Virus record (IMG/VR): IMGVR_UViG_3300046703_000247
Location: 19,234-83,233 of that record
Direction: 5' to 3' (one strand)
Source of the DNA: a virus
Length of the DNA stretch: 64,000 nucleotides
This document shows positions 28,534 to 37,963 of this stretch, one piece after another. Each line of letters opens with the position of its first letter. Position 1 is the stretch's first letter. Below the pieces are notes generated by a model. It was not told where the DNA came from. It worked only from the letters and a program-made list of their open reading frames with translations, and did not search any database. Made by a program: the position numbers and the translations under genes.

Positions 28534-28902
28534 ATGGCTCTCCGCCTGGTCCGTCAACCGCCCGGGACTTCGCTGTGTGGCCAGTGCTGTGTGGCCATGG
28601 CAGCCGAAGTGTGCCTCGACAGGGCCATTGCGGTTGTCAATCATCGCGGGCCCGCTGGAACCACCACGCGGGAAGTGATTGCGGCCCTTCGGAAGTTGGG
28701 GTTGAAGTGCGCCGATCGCTGCCGGCCGCTCTCCCGAATCAGACCGAGCTACCCGAGGCGGGCCATCCTCGCACTGCGACAGAACGGGCGAGCGCGCTAC
28801 CACTGGGTGTATTACGAGGATGGAGTCTTCTACGATCCGGAAGATGAATGGCCGCGCTATGACGGGTGGCGAATTACAAGTTACCTAGAAGTCTTCGGTT
28901 GA
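28534..28902 (+). CDS. Papain-fold C39-like peptidase
   Basis: VRQ.....CG..CVAM...GT....HWV.Y..G.FYDP. Confidence 0.6.
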   Translation: MALRLVRQPPGTSLCGQCCVAMAAEVCLDRAIAVVNHRGPAGTTTREVIAALRKLGLKCADRCRPLSRIRPSYPRRAILALRQNGRARYHWVYYEDGVFYDPEDEWPRYDGWRITSYLEVFG

Positions 28903-28925
28903 ATCTGCATCATCCTGCCTTTTTG

Positions 28926-28985
28926 CTGCTACTCCAGGGGAACGAAACCTCACGGTTTCTTTCCCCTCGCCCCCTTTCATCCCTT
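28926..28985 (-). repeat. Hairpin element copy 14 (intergenic)
   Basis: Reverse complement AAGGGATGAAAGGGGG..GGGGAAAGAAACC-GTGA-GGTTTCGTTCCCC. Confidence 0.9.
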
Positions 28986-29001
28986 CGGCTAGAATCGAAG
29001 C

Positions 29002-29427
29002 ATGAACCGCCGAGGGTTCCTCTTCACAGCCTTGGGAGCACCCGCTGTTGTTGTTGGCGCGACCGCGCCCACCACGCGCTTACAACCTCCCGGCCTGCCT
29101 GTAGATCCTCAGTTTGATTTTGTCGACGGGGCACATTACTGTGCTGGGCTGTACTACGGCCGCCGGGTTGCCTTCGCTTCGCCAAATTATCCCAACCGCC
29201 TCTGGTTTTCCCGTGCCGATCCCCCGCGCCGCTTTCACGACCCCTACGGTATTGGCGACTGGGTCGACGTCGGCGATTCATGGGACCGGATCGTTTCAGT
29301 CTATGTTTGGCACGCGGACCTGATTATTCGCAAGCTCAACAGTGAATGGCAGTTCTGCGGCGACCTAGACTGGGGCATTTTCTATTTTCTGGGTGATCCC
29401 CAACGGAGAGGAGTTCTGAGAGTATGA
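29002..29427 (+). CDS. Protein with twin-arginine-like N-terminus
   Basis: MNRRGFLFTALGAP; TAGAAT 6 nt upstream of the ATG. Confidence 0.55.
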   Translation: MNRRGFLFTALGAPAVVVGATAPTTRLQPPGLPVDPQFDFVDGAHYCAGLYYGRRVAFASPNYPNRLWFSRADPPRRFHDPYGIGDWVDVGDSWDRIVSVYVWHADLIIRKLNSEWQFCGDLDWGIFYFLGDPQRRGVLRV

Positions 29428-29774
29428 ACCGCCGCGGCTTCCTGGCTATGCTGGCTGGCGCGGTGCTCGACCCCGAGCGCTTGCTCTGGGTGCCGGGGAA
29501 GAAGCTCATCTCTATTCCGGCAGAATCCGCGCCCTGGCCTTGGCGGCACGGACCGTTTCTCGTAACCGCGCACATGGAAGGTTCCAGCGACGTGGCCGCC
29601 ATTATGGAACGCCTACTCAATCACCGTTGGACGATGGACCCCGTGTGGCGACAGCACGCGCAAGACATGATTGACCGCGACATGCAACGGATTCTTCTGG
29701 GCGAGGTGCAGCAGACCATCGGGTTCTTCCGCACTTCCGAGAAACCTACTCCTTCGCTGCAGATGTCGGCCTGA
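29424..29774 (+). CDS. Protein with twin-arginine-like N-terminus
   Basis: MNRRGFLAMLAGA; ATGA coupling. Confidence 0.55.
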   Translation: MNRRGFLAMLAGAVLDPERLLWVPGKKLISIPAESAPWPWRHGPFLVTAHMEGSSDVAAIMERLLNHRWTMDPVWRQHAQDMIDRDMQRILLGEVQQTIGFFRTSEKPTPSLQMSA

Positions 29775-30105
29775 CAATAATAGGCGGTGTCACCTGCTGC
29801 ATGACTCGTTCCATCGCCAACTCGTCGTAGGCGCTGAGCCGCTCCTGCAAGTGTTCAAAGGCGTTTTCACAGCAGCGCAGCACGTCCTCACACCAGCGGA
29901 TCTTTTCTCTCTCCATCTCAGCCTTGCTCCAGAAATCCAGTTGACGAGGGACCAGAAACATCCGCTCCTGCGTCAACGCTAGGATTTGCCGCGCCAGTTG
30001 GTGCGCCACTGTTGGAGGGGGCGGCAGACGCATGCGCGGCTGAAGGGATGAAGGGGCTTCCGGGGAAGCAACCGCAGGTGGCGTCCCCGGAGGCTGCGAT
30101 TTCAC
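29746..30105 (-). CDS. Hypothetical protein (N-terminus encoded by repeat copy 15)
   Basis: Coupled to 30102..30284. Confidence 0.4.
   Translation of the reverse strand: MKSQPPGTPPAVASPEAPSSLQPRMRLPPPPTVAHQLARQILALTQERMFLVPRQLDFWSKAEMEREKIRWCEDVLRCCENAFEHLQERLSAYDELAMERVMQQVTPPIIVRPTSAAKE
30043..30098 (+). repeat. Hairpin element copy 15
   Basis: AAGGGATGAAGGGG..CCGGGGAAGCAACC-GCA-GGTGGCGTCCCCGG. Confidence 0.9.
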
Positions 30106-30284
30106 TTGGAATCCTTTACCAGACGATCCACCAGCTTGCTGAAGTTCAGATCCCCGTCTACCTGCACGGTACGCTCCTCCCCGCGTTCAAAGTGATCCAG
30201 GTCCAGCTCCTGGACATAGACGAAGTCCGCAATCTGACCATGCAGCCATTCACAGACGATCTTCCGGGCAAGCGCCTCTTTCAT
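30102..30284 (-). CDS. Hypothetical protein
   Basis: GAGGAG RBS, typical codons. Confidence 0.45.
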   Translation of the reverse strand: MKEALARKIVCEWLHGQIADFVYVQELDLDHFERGEERTVQVDGDLNFSKLVDRLVKDSK

Positions 30285-30296
30285 CAGAACAACTCC

Positions 30297-30509
30297 TCAC
30301 TTCTCCCACCTGGCCAGAGCGGCCACCCTGGCAATCTCAGATCGTCGCTTTGCCGACAACTTCTTTGCCCTGGCTCTGCCGCCGGCCGCGCCGCCTTGCC
30401 GCCCAATCTCACTGAGTTGCTCAGGAGATAAGGATGCTGCGCGGGCCTTGCCTCCCTTGGAAGCTCCGAGCTTTCCCAGAGCAACCGCGTGCGGGTTTTT
30501 GTAGACCAT
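30297..30509 (-). CDS. Small basic GGKARA..LS.E.RSEIA..AA.ARW repeat protein (paralogue 1)
   Basis: Two internal repeats; promoter-like motif directly before ATG 30509. Confidence 0.65.
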   Translation of the reverse strand: MVYKNPHAVALGKLGASKGGKARAASLSPEQLSEIGRQGGAAGGRARAKKLSAKRRSEIARVAALARWEK

Positions 30510-30516
30510 CACGTCA

Positions 30517-30597
30517 AGCATACCGGACCCGCCCAAGACAAGCAAGAGGCTTGGCCCTGTTTTTATGCGTGACATACGCGGCTAGATCAGGCATACT
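30517..30597. promoter_or_regulatory. Divergent sigma70-like promoters
   Basis: Minus strand TTGCTT-17-TATGCT (30545-30517); plus strand GTGACA-17-CATACT (30569-30597). Confidence 0.55.
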
Positions 30598-30614
30598 CAA
30601 GCCGTGATACGAGG

Positions 30615-30672
30615 AAGGGAAGAAAAGGTTCAAGGAAAAGAAACCGCAGGTTTCGTGTCCTTGGGCTCCAGC
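30615..30672 (+). repeat. Hairpin element copy 16 (probable 5' UTR)
   Basis: AAGGGAAGAAAAGG..CAAGGAAAAGAAACC-GCA-GGTTTCGTGTCCTTG. Confidence 0.9.
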
Positions 30673-30687
30673 GAAAAGGAGTTCGCC

Positions 30688-30987
30688 ATGTGGATCAACG
30701 ATAAGAAACTCGAAACCGCCCAGGAACTACTGATGCTGGTCGGCCAGGCACTGGACTTGACCCCGGAAGCGATCGAACGGCTCTCGGAGGTAGACCCCCA
30801 CTATCTGACGGAAGCCCGCACGGAGTTGCACAACGCCCTCGAGCGGTGGAACGACGACCACACCGTGCCGGCCTGCCTCGCCTGCGGCAGCCAGCGGGTG
30901 GACTTCGCGGGCGACGTCGGGATGTTCCGCTGCCAGGATTGCGGCGCCGAAGAGGACCGCACGGGAAAGGTGCGGAAGGCCGCCTGA
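30688..30987 (+). CDS. Small Zn-ribbon protein
   Basis: AAGGAG RBS; CLACG...CQDCG. Confidence 0.55.
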   Translation: MWINDKKLETAQELLMLVGQALDLTPEAIERLSEVDPHYLTEARTELHNALERWNDDHTVPACLACGSQRVDFAGDVGMFRCQDCGAEEDRTGKVRKAA

Positions 30988-30989
30988 CT

Positions 30990-31337
30990 GTGCTCCGCCG
31001 CTACACCCGCCTGCGTTGCTACACCCGGCTGCGGCCGGTCCGCCTGAAGCCCCGGCGCGGACGGATCGAAGACCCGGCCTACCTGCGCTGGATCCGGTCG
31101 CAGCCCTGCATGATTCAAAACCGCGAGTGCCGCGGCGCGACCGATCCGCACCACGTCGGCCACTGCGGCCAGGCCCGGTCGAACGACCGGAACGCCGTCC
31201 CGCTCTGTAGGCTGCACCACGACGAAGCGCAAGACATTCATAACCGGCCGTTTGAAGAGCGCTACGGCGTCTCGTTTGCGGCCGCTATCCAGGAGTTGAA
31301 CGACGAGTACGATGCAACCAGGAGGAAGATCGCATGA
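30990..31337 (+). CDS. DUF968/Ref-like HNH-fold protein
   Basis: DPAYL.WIRSQPC.I....DPHH......D.NAVPLC..HH.E. Confidence 0.65.
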   Translation: MLRRYTRLRCYTRLRPVRLKPRRGRIEDPAYLRWIRSQPCMIQNRECRGATDPHHVGHCGQARSNDRNAVPLCRLHHDEAQDIHNRPFEERYGVSFAAAIQELNDEYDATRRKIA

Positions 31338-31611
31338 GGGACCTCGACATCCGCGTGGAGCGCAACTTCCCGCCGATCCGGGATCGGAGTTGCGACTGGT
31401 CCGCCTGGGTCAACGGCCAGGAGGAGACGACCACCTGCACGGCGGCCACTGCACCTGAAGCCCTGTTTGCCCTCGCCGAACGCATCGAAGAAACCGTTAT
31501 CATTCCTCCCATATCCTTACTACCCTTCGAGTGTTCCCGTACTGACCAGCACTTATAGGCCGTTGTTTTTTCCGGTCCGACCGTTTAGATTTGCCACAGT
31601 GAATCTGACTG

Positions 31612-32142
31612 ATGAACGCAATAGTGGCGGCGGAAGTCGCTGGTGCGGAGCGGCTCATCCGGTTGCCCCATACCTCTGGACGGCGTAACCAAATCACCTA
31701 CCTTCAGTTGCTGGAGCGCGTGACCCCGGACACGGTCTGGGGCGGCTGGCGCTTCGAAGGGCGATTACTGCGGCATGGCGCCACGGTGCCCGCGGATACC
31801 CTCCCAAAGAAAGCACTCCTACTCGAGTGTGTCGGCAACCAGCCCGGCGGATCCGGGCACCGGCGGGCGCCCACGGTCTACATCTTATGGAGATTGCAGG
31901 GCGATGCCTGGCGGGAGGTCGCTCGGGCGGCGAGCGTTGGCCGGGACTGGACGCTCGACCTGGGGCCGATCGCCCGGCGGGAGCTCGAGCCGGCCCGTCC
32001 GGTGCTGGTCGATCCGGAGGGCGCGGCGGGGCGGGTGATGATTGCGCTCGACCGGGAACTCGAGCCGCTCAACGCCGAGGCGCGGTGTCTGGTGGCGCGG
32101 GCGGTGTACGATCGGTTCGCGTCGCGGGTGGTGGCGGGGTAG
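31612..32142 (+). CDS. Hypothetical protein
   Basis: 176-aa ORF with typical codon usage. Confidence 0.45.
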   Translation: MNAIVAAEVAGAERLIRLPHTSGRRNQITYLQLLERVTPDTVWGGWRFEGRLLRHGATVPADTLPKKALLLECVGNQPGGSGHRRAPTVYILWRLQGDAWREVARAASVGRDWTLDLGPIARRELEPARPVLVDPEGAAGRVMIALDRELEPLNAEARCLVARAVYDRFASRVVAG

Positions 32143-32149
32143 TCCCGGT

Positions 32150-32569
32150 TCAGCGCGGGCCGACGGGTGGTGGCTGGGTGACGGGTGCATCTGTCCTAAC
32201 GGTCATCCCAACCAGGCCGAACTTGTGTTTCTTCTTCTTCGAGTCCAGAACAATGAACCAGTCTTTGTCGCGGTAAAACTGGATGACACCGTTTACCGGC
32301 AGAATCACACTCGGTGAAGTAGCCTCGCTCCATTCGAGACGATGCGTTTCGGTTTCGACGACGACGCGGTTGGATGTTCGATAGATGGGAACCCCAACCA
32401 CCGCGGTCCCGATGGGAGCGGCATAGACGCCCGCCTGTGAGGAATTCAGACTCTGGGAGAGCACTTTCGCTTTCTCCCAATTTTGCTTCTTCTCGGCCAG
32501 TGTGGCGGGAACGTATAAAAGAAGAGCGAGCGCGATGCAGGAGGTTGTTCGGAGGGTAGGGCACTTCAT
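32150..32569 (-). CDS. Secreted hypothetical protein
   Basis: Signal-like IALALLLYVPATLA. Confidence 0.5.
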   Translation of the reverse strand: MKCPTLRTTSCIALALLLYVPATLAEKKQNWEKAKVLSQSLNSSQAGVYAAPIGTAVVGVPIYRTSNRVVVETETHRLEWSEATSPSVILPVNGVIQFYRDKDWFIVLDSKKKKHKFGLVGMTVRTDAPVTQPPPVGPR

Positions 32570-32717
32570 ATTGGTCCACCTCTACGCGGATATTTTCGCC
32601 TTGAGTTCGGCGATGATCTCGCGCATTCGTTTTGGCGCGGCCTCATCGTTGTTGGCGGATGGATTCTCTTCGCCCGTCTCGATGCAACCGAAGTACTCAA
32701 CGTTTTCCAGTAGGGCT

Positions 32718-33101
32718 TCAGCTTCCTGGAGGAGCAGCAACTGCTTTTCTTGGTGCATTATGTTGGCCAACCTCTCTGGACGAACGGTTCTTCTTTCCCC
32801 ACCTCTTCAACGCCTCCATGGAATTTGCGGCCACTACAATCACCAGGACTGCAGCCGCCAATATCCACAGCCACCAGAACGCGAGGGCGACCAGCCAATT
32901 GAGAGCTACAAAAGCGAGAATTAAACACGTGGCGCCAAACACCCCGAAGACAACCTCTTGCTGGTAGGCTTTACCGCGCTGCCGGATCATCCCTTCTACA
33001 ACTAGGCCCGCCCCAATCAGAAACATACCAGCGATGATGCTGAGTACGAGGATCACGGTTGGCTCGTTTCTCCCGTCTTCCGTTTCCTGGTCGTTCCCCA
33101 C
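32718..33101 (-). CDS. Membrane protein (about three TM segments)
   Basis: Hydrophobic segments; lies downstream of regulator paralogue 2. Confidence 0.45.
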   Translation of the reverse strand: MGNDQETEDGRNEPTVILVLSIIAGMFLIGAGLVVEGMIRQRGKAYQQEVVFGVFGATCLILAFVALNWLVALAFWWLWILAAAVLVIVVAANSMEALKRWGKKNRSSREVGQHNAPRKAVAAPPGS

Positions 33102-33274
33102 CTCTTCAACGCCCCAGCCTTTCCGGCCTTGCTCGCGATCGCGCTGCGCCGCTCCGGTGTGAGCTTCTCGTTCCGTGCTTGGTTGGCACCTTGAGCAATT
33201 TCACTTCGGCGAGCGGGAGACAGCTTTCGCGCTCGTTCCCGCGCCATCTCCGCTGCCGCCGTCGAAACAGACAT
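33053..33274 (-). CDS. Small basic repeat protein (paralogue 2)
   Basis: RARKLSPARRSEIA / RNEKLTPERRSAIASKAG...RW. Confidence 0.65.
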   Translation of the reverse strand: MSVSTAAAEMARERARKLSPARRSEIAQGANQARNEKLTPERRSAIASKAGKAGALKRWGTTRKRKTGETSQP

Positions 33275-33281
33275 CAAGAAG

Positions 33282-33353
33282 AGTATAGTCTCACATCCGC
33301 AAGAAAGTAAAGTGAATTCTCCTATTGACTCGCCTACGCAAGAGAGCTATACT
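33282..33353. promoter_or_regulatory. Divergent sigma70-like promoters with CGCAAGA direct repeat
   Basis: Plus strand TTGACT-17-TATACT (33325-33353); minus strand TTACTT-17-TATACT (33310-33282). Confidence 0.7.
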
Positions 33354-33391
33354 AGGGCTGCAATCGATCTTCCGAAAGGAGAAAACACACT

Positions 33392-34099
33392 GTGGCAACA
33401 ACGGAAGGAGCAAGCACCCAAGCGGGGGGATACCTTCGCTTCCAAACCAACATCCCCGAAGAGGTGGCCCTGCGCTACGCCGAGGGGAAACAGGTCAAAT
33501 CGCAGAACAAGGCCCCCGACGGGACACCCTGGCCCGACCAGTTGATGTTCTCGTTGGTAGACGGCCGCGTGATGTACGTTCCCCTGCACGTGGGGGAGAT
33601 CATCCGCGAATTGGGCATCGGCCCCGGAGAGCGGATCAGCATCGGGAAGTTCGAAGTCAAACAGGGGAACCGGCGCGGAACCCAAATCCAAATAAAGCGG
33701 GTGGACCCGCCCGCTGAGAAGCCGGCGGCGCCGGCTGCCCCCCAGGCGGCGAAGCTAGAAGGGGCAGCGGCACGGCCAGGAACTCCAGTGCGAACCGGAA
33801 CTCCAACCCAGTCTACCGCGAACGGTAATGGGAACGGAACGGCTCCGGTGAACGGCAAACCGCCGGTGAACGGCAACGGAAACGCAGCCGCAATCCCCAC
33901 TAAGGTGCAGTTCGGCGACGCCATGCAGGAGTTCCTGGTGCTGGCCGGCCGCGCCACCAAGGGAGCGGAAGTCACGCTCGGCGCCGAGGGCGGCAGCGTC
34001 CGGTTCGACAGCCGGGACATCGCCGCAACCGCAACCACCATGTTCATCGAGGCGGCCCGCAACGGCTGGCTGACCTGGAGACCGGGGGGTGTGCGATGA
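33392..34099 (+). CDS. Hypothetical early protein
   Basis: AAGGAG RBS; first gene after a strong promoter; coupled to the nuclease gene. Confidence 0.55.
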   Translation: MATTEGASTQAGGYLRFQTNIPEEVALRYAEGKQVKSQNKAPDGTPWPDQLMFSLVDGRVMYVPLHVGEIIRELGIGPGERISIGKFEVKQGNRRGTQIQIKRVDPPAEKPAAPAAPQAAKLEGAAARPGTPVRTGTPTQSTANGNGNGTAPVNGKPPVNGNGNAAAIPTKVQFGDAMQEFLVLAGRATKGAEVTLGAEGGSVRFDSRDIAATATTMFIEAARNGWLTWRPGGVR

Positions 34100-35082
34100 C
34101 GCCCACCAACGGCCACTCGACACAATTCAGCTTTATCGACCGGATCGCCCTGCTGTTCGGCGGCTCGTTCGAGGAGCGCATGGCCCGGCTCGAAAAGACC
34201 GTGGCCGAAGGGACGGATAGGGTCCAGGGGAAGGAAACCGTAGGTGTCCTTCCCTTGGAGTCTCAGCCCCAAATACTGCCAGTCCTAGCAGTATCCCCGC
34301 AGCCCGACCTCGGTCTGAACATGGAAGTAGCCGAGATCCTGAGTCCCTCGCAGGTGAACAACTACCTGAACTGCTCAGCCTCGTGGTACTTCAAGTATTT
34401 CCGCAACCTACCCGACAAGACCGACGCCAAGCGCGCGCTAGGTAAAGCAGTCCACTCAGCCCTGGAGGGCAACTTCCGCCAGAAGATCGAGACGAAGAAG
34501 GATCTGGGCAGGGAAGAGTTGCTCGAGGCTTTCGCCTTGGCTTGGAAGAAGGAAGCCGAACTGGCGCAGTTCTCGGAAGGCGACGACCAGGCCGAACTGG
34601 AGCGGACCGGCACGGTGCTGGTTCAGAAGTACCTCATCGAAGCGGCGCCGGAGATCACGCCGATCGCCGTCGAGCACCCGGTCTCGGGAGTAATCGCCGG
34701 CGTGAAGGTCCGAGGGTACGTCGACCTGATGGACTCGAACGGCAGAATCGTAGACCTGAAGACCTCCTCGAAGAAGCCGAGCGAGATCACCCCTGGCTAC
34801 AAGCGCCAGTGCACCACCTACACGCGCATCATGCCCGGCGCCTCGGGCAAGGTGACGGTCCAGACCCTGGTCCGCACCAAGACCCCGCAACTGGCCGAGC
34901 AGCACCTGACGGTCGGCCCGGAAGACGTCCGCCACATCGAAGTGATGTTCCCTCTCGTGCAAGAGGCCATGAGATCCGGCTTGTACACACCCAACCGCGA
35001 GAATATGTTCTGCTCCAAGAAGTCGTGTGCCTTCTGGAAATCCTGTCAGGACGAGTACGGTGGAGAGGTGCCGGAGTCATGA
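34096..35082 (+). CDS. PD-(D/E)XK RecB/Cas4-like exonuclease
   Basis: LSPSQ...YL.C, G.AVH..LE, VE..., GYVDL....IVDLKTS, Q...Y, C-terminal C....C....C. Confidence 0.8.
   Translation: MTPTNGHSTQFSFIDRIALLFGGSFEERMARLEKTVAEGTDRVQGKETVGVLPLESQPQILPVLAVSPQPDLGLNMEVAEILSPSQVNNYLNCSASWYFKYFRNLPDKTDAKRALGKAVHSALEGNFRQKIETKKDLGREELLEAFALAWKKEAELAQFSEGDDQAELERTGTVLVQKYLIEAAPEITPIAVEHPVSGVIAGVKVRGYVDLMDSNGRIVDLKTSSKKPSEITPGYKRQCTTYTRIMPGASGKVTVQTLVRTKTPQLAEQHLTVGPEDVRHIEVMFPLVQEAMRSGLYTPNRENMFCSKKSCAFWKSCQDEYGGEVPES
34208..34268 (+). repeat. Hairpin element copy 17 (in-frame, nuclease N-terminal extension)
   Basis: AAGGGACGGATAGGG.CCAGGGGAAGGAAACC-GTA-GGTGTCCTTCCCTTGG; the only copy lacking the position-7 A.G. 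Confidence 0.8.
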
Positions 35083-35739
35083 GCGACGAATTCAGACCGC
35101 CCGCGCGCGGGCTCACAGATCAGGAGTTCATCCGGCGCGATGAGGAAGCCGACCGCCGCGCTCATCCTCCACTGGCACCCGGACTCGACACCCACCCGGC
35201 GCCCGGCTGCATCCAGGAGATGGTGGTGAAGCTGGCCGCCATCAAGACCGCCGCATTGAACGGCGACTCGAAGGAGACCATCATCCGCCTGACGGCCGAG
35301 GCCGAGGTCTCCATACTGAGGATCTGGCGGGAGATCAACCTACTGTCCGCACTGGCGGCGCGGCCGAGGAGGTCGGCATGAAGACCGGACGCGAGCAATT
35401 CTGGCTCTACATGGTGCTGATTCTGGCCCTGGCTGCCAGCGCCTACATCCTGGGCAGCGAGATCACGGCCGCCTGGCACTCGACCGCGCAGCACATCGAG
35501 GAGGCGATCAAGTGACCCGCCTCGATAAGCCCGTGACGCGCGAAGCCAAGCAGTTTCACCGCGGCCGGCCCTTGGTGGTGAAATTGGATCCGGCCGGATA
35601 CGTCGAGATCCACCCGAAAGGGAAGCGGACAGAGGTCTACCGTCTGACCTTCGACCAGATTATGCAGAGGGCCGCCTGGTTTGACGGCGCGCCACAGCGG
35701 GCGGATCGTGCCCGGGAAAGGAGGCAGGCCACCAGGTAA
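35079..35739 (+). CDS. Three small coupled hypothetical genes
   Basis: ATGA overlaps and GGAGG RBSs (starts at 35079, 35378 and 35512). Confidence 0.45.
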
Positions 35740-35763
35740 GACTCCAGAGTCCGAAAACAACAG

Positions 35764-35797
35764 ACGCCGCGGTTTCCACAGGGCCGCGGCGTTTTTC
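35764..35797 (+). terminator. Rho-independent terminator
   Basis: ACGCCGCGGT-loop-GCCGCGGCGT followed by a T tract. Confidence 0.65.
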
Positions 35798-35915
35798 TAT
35801 TGAGGGAAGCGGCAGGATGCACTGAATTTCGCGCACGGCCTGCGTAGGAAAGGTTCTCGCGACCAGGGTAATGGTTCTATACCCCCGAAATCGTTGTAGG
35901 GGCTCTGGCGCGACC

Positions 35916-35972
35916 AGGGAAGAGGGGTTCCAGGGGAGAAACCGTAGGGTTTCGCCCCTTGGGGCTCCGACC
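35916..35972 (+). repeat. Hairpin element copy 18 (upstream of resolvase)
   Basis: AGGGAAGAGGGG..AGGGGAGAAACC-GTAG-GGTTTCGCCCCT. Confidence 0.9.
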
Positions 35973-36011
35973 TCCCTGGCAGATTCTCCCGCGAACTGGC
36001 GACTATAAGGT

Positions 36012-36674
36012 ATGCGAGCTGCGATCTACGCCCGAGTGAGCACCCTCGATCAGAACTGCCAGATGCAACTGAAGGAACTCCGTGAGTACTGCGAGCGCCG
36101 AGCGTGGACCATCTCAGGCGAGTACGTCGACACCGGCTGGTCTGGCGCCAAGGCCTCGAGGCCGGAACTGGACCGGATCATGCACGACGCCGGCCAGCAT
36201 CGGTTCGACGCCATCCTGGTCTGGAAGCTGGACCGCTTCGGCCGCTCGGTGTTGAACCTCTCCGAGCAGCTCGCCCGGCTGAGCTCCTGGGGGATCCGCT
36301 TCCTGGCAACCACGCAGGCCCTAGACACAGATGCCTCGAACCCGACGAGCCGCCTGATGCTGCACATCCTGGCCTCGGTGGCGGAGTTCGAGCGTGAGAT
36401 GATCCGGGAGCGCGTAAGCGCCGGCCTGAAGAACTACCGCGAGGCGTTCAAGCAGAAGCGGATTGGCCGCGATCGCCACAGCCACAGCGGCATGAACTTG
36501 GCAGTCGGCAGGCCGAAGAAGATATTCGATCGTGAGCGAGTGCTGGAGATGCGAGACGGAGGATTCTCGGTCCGCGCGATCGCGCACAAGTTCAAGATTG
36601 GCGTTGCAACCGTACAACGGCTGGTTTCGGCGCATAAAAAGGCTAAAAAGGGGCGTTCCAAAACCCCACGTTGA
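36012..36674 (+). CDS. Small serine recombinase (resolvase/invertase)
   Basis: YARVST.DQ, VWKLDRFGRS, AEFERE.I.ER, GRP, C-terminal HTH. Confidence 0.9.
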   Translation: MRAAIYARVSTLDQNCQMQLKELREYCERRAWTISGEYVDTGWSGAKASRPELDRIMHDAGQHRFDAILVWKLDRFGRSVLNLSEQLARLSSWGIRFLATTQALDTDASNPTSRLMLHILASVAEFEREMIRERVSAGLKNYREAFKQKRIGRDRHSHSGMNLAVGRPKKIFDRERVLEMRDGGFSVRAIAHKFKIGVATVQRLVSAHKKAKKGRSKTPR

Positions 36675-37120
36675 CCCCCCACCGCCTGCAAGCGATTCTA
36701 AAGGACCTCCGCGCGCAGGTATCGGCGTTCCAAAACCTTCAGTTTTCCGAACACCCAGGTTGCGCGGAAGGGCCGTGGATATTGGAGTTGGATGATGTAA
36801 TCGAGGAATCGAGGATTCGAACTTCGCGCAAAAGTTGCGAAAGAGTGCGCGGAAAAGGCTCAAATTTGGCGCCCTCCGTCCGACAAAGTTGTACACCGGA
36901 TCGGGGGTCCAGAGTTTCGTTGACGCTTCAGTGGGTATTGCTTTTACGATTCTTCTGCCGCTCGAATCGCGGCCTCAACCTCGGCGTTGAACTTCGCTAC
37001 TTGTTCGAGGTCGTAACGCCAATCAGTCTTGTTGCCATCCTCGTCAAAGTCCAGCGGTGCAAGCCTTGCTGCTATTTCACCCTTTTCTTCGGGAGACAAT
37101 TTCTTCATATAGCAACGGGA

Positions 37121-37198
37121 CGCCAGCGGCCCGGAGTCGAACCGGGTGTCTCGTTGCGATAACGCCCGTGCGGGTCACCGAGTCCGCTCCCTGCTGGC
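37121..37198 (-). ncRNA. tRNA-like fold with a non-canonical anticodon arm
   Basis: Acceptor GCCAGCAG/CCGCTGGC, D-arm GCGG/CCGC, T-arm CCCGG-TTCGACT-CCGGG. Confidence 0.45.
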
Positions 37199-37252
37199 AC
37201 AATCAGTGTACCGCGGGCAGCGCCTCGAGAATCAGCAGCCCGCGGTCCTTCG

Positions 37253-37543
37253 TCACCCCGCCGCGGCGACCACTTTCAGCCGCGGTTTGGCCGCGCGCTT
37301 GGGCTTCTCGCCTGCCTTCTGTTCCGCGTGCACCTTCGCCCACCGGGCCTTCTGCGCGGCGACGATCCGCGCCCGACCGGCGGCGGACATCGTGCGCTTG
37401 GGGGCCGCGGTTCGGCTGCCGCCCTGGATGTGGGTGTGGGTTCTGCCGGTTAGGAGTCGGTGCACTTGCTCGATCTGAGCATCGATGCGAATGCGCTGCG
37501 CCTCAAGGCCTTCGAGCGCGGCTTCCAGAATGTAGTGTTCCAT
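37253..37543 (-). CDS. Small basic protein (MSAAGRARI.AAQKARWAK type)
   Basis: Coiled coil plus basic motif; GAAAGG upstream. Confidence 0.6.
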   Translation of the reverse strand: MEHYILEAALEGLEAQRIRIDAQIEQVHRLLTGRTHTHIQGGSRTAAPKRTMSAAGRARIVAAQKARWAKVHAEQKAGEKPKRAAKPRLKVVAAAG

Positions 37544-37963
37544 GTTGTACTGCCTTTCTGGCGGCCAGTGTGCCGCCCTTTCACGCCAAATCCCCCATGG
37601 TTTCATCGACACAGCGCCGGTAGCCTGCCAACCAGGCGGCCTCCAGGAGCTTCCGAACGTCTTCCCGATCACAGACGTTGCACAGAAGCAGGTTGTCAAC
37701 CTCGTCCGCGTGCTCCTCCGCATATTCTCGGGCCAACTTCTCAGCGTCCATGGTTCACGGCTTCCTCAGTCTCGCCGCCACTCGTTCAGCACAGGTGGCA
37801 CACAACTGTTTGCCCTTGTATAGCCGCCAGCCCGCCCGGTAGAGTTCGAAGTTGCACTCCTCCCGCGTCTTGCGGGCGACGTGAATCGACACCGGGCAGC
37901 GGGAGCGTGGCGACTTCCCATCGCAGGAAATCTCCATGTGGTGCATCGGCTCGTCAATCGTAA

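Noticed and set aside
34096-35082. Cas4 as part of a CRISPR adaptation module
   Set aside because: Stand-alone in an early recombination operon with no cas1, cas2 or array; typical phage exonuclease.
36012-36674. Phage integrase
   Set aside because: Only 220 aa with a catalytic domain plus HTH; lacks the recombinase and zinc-ribbon domains of large serine integrases.
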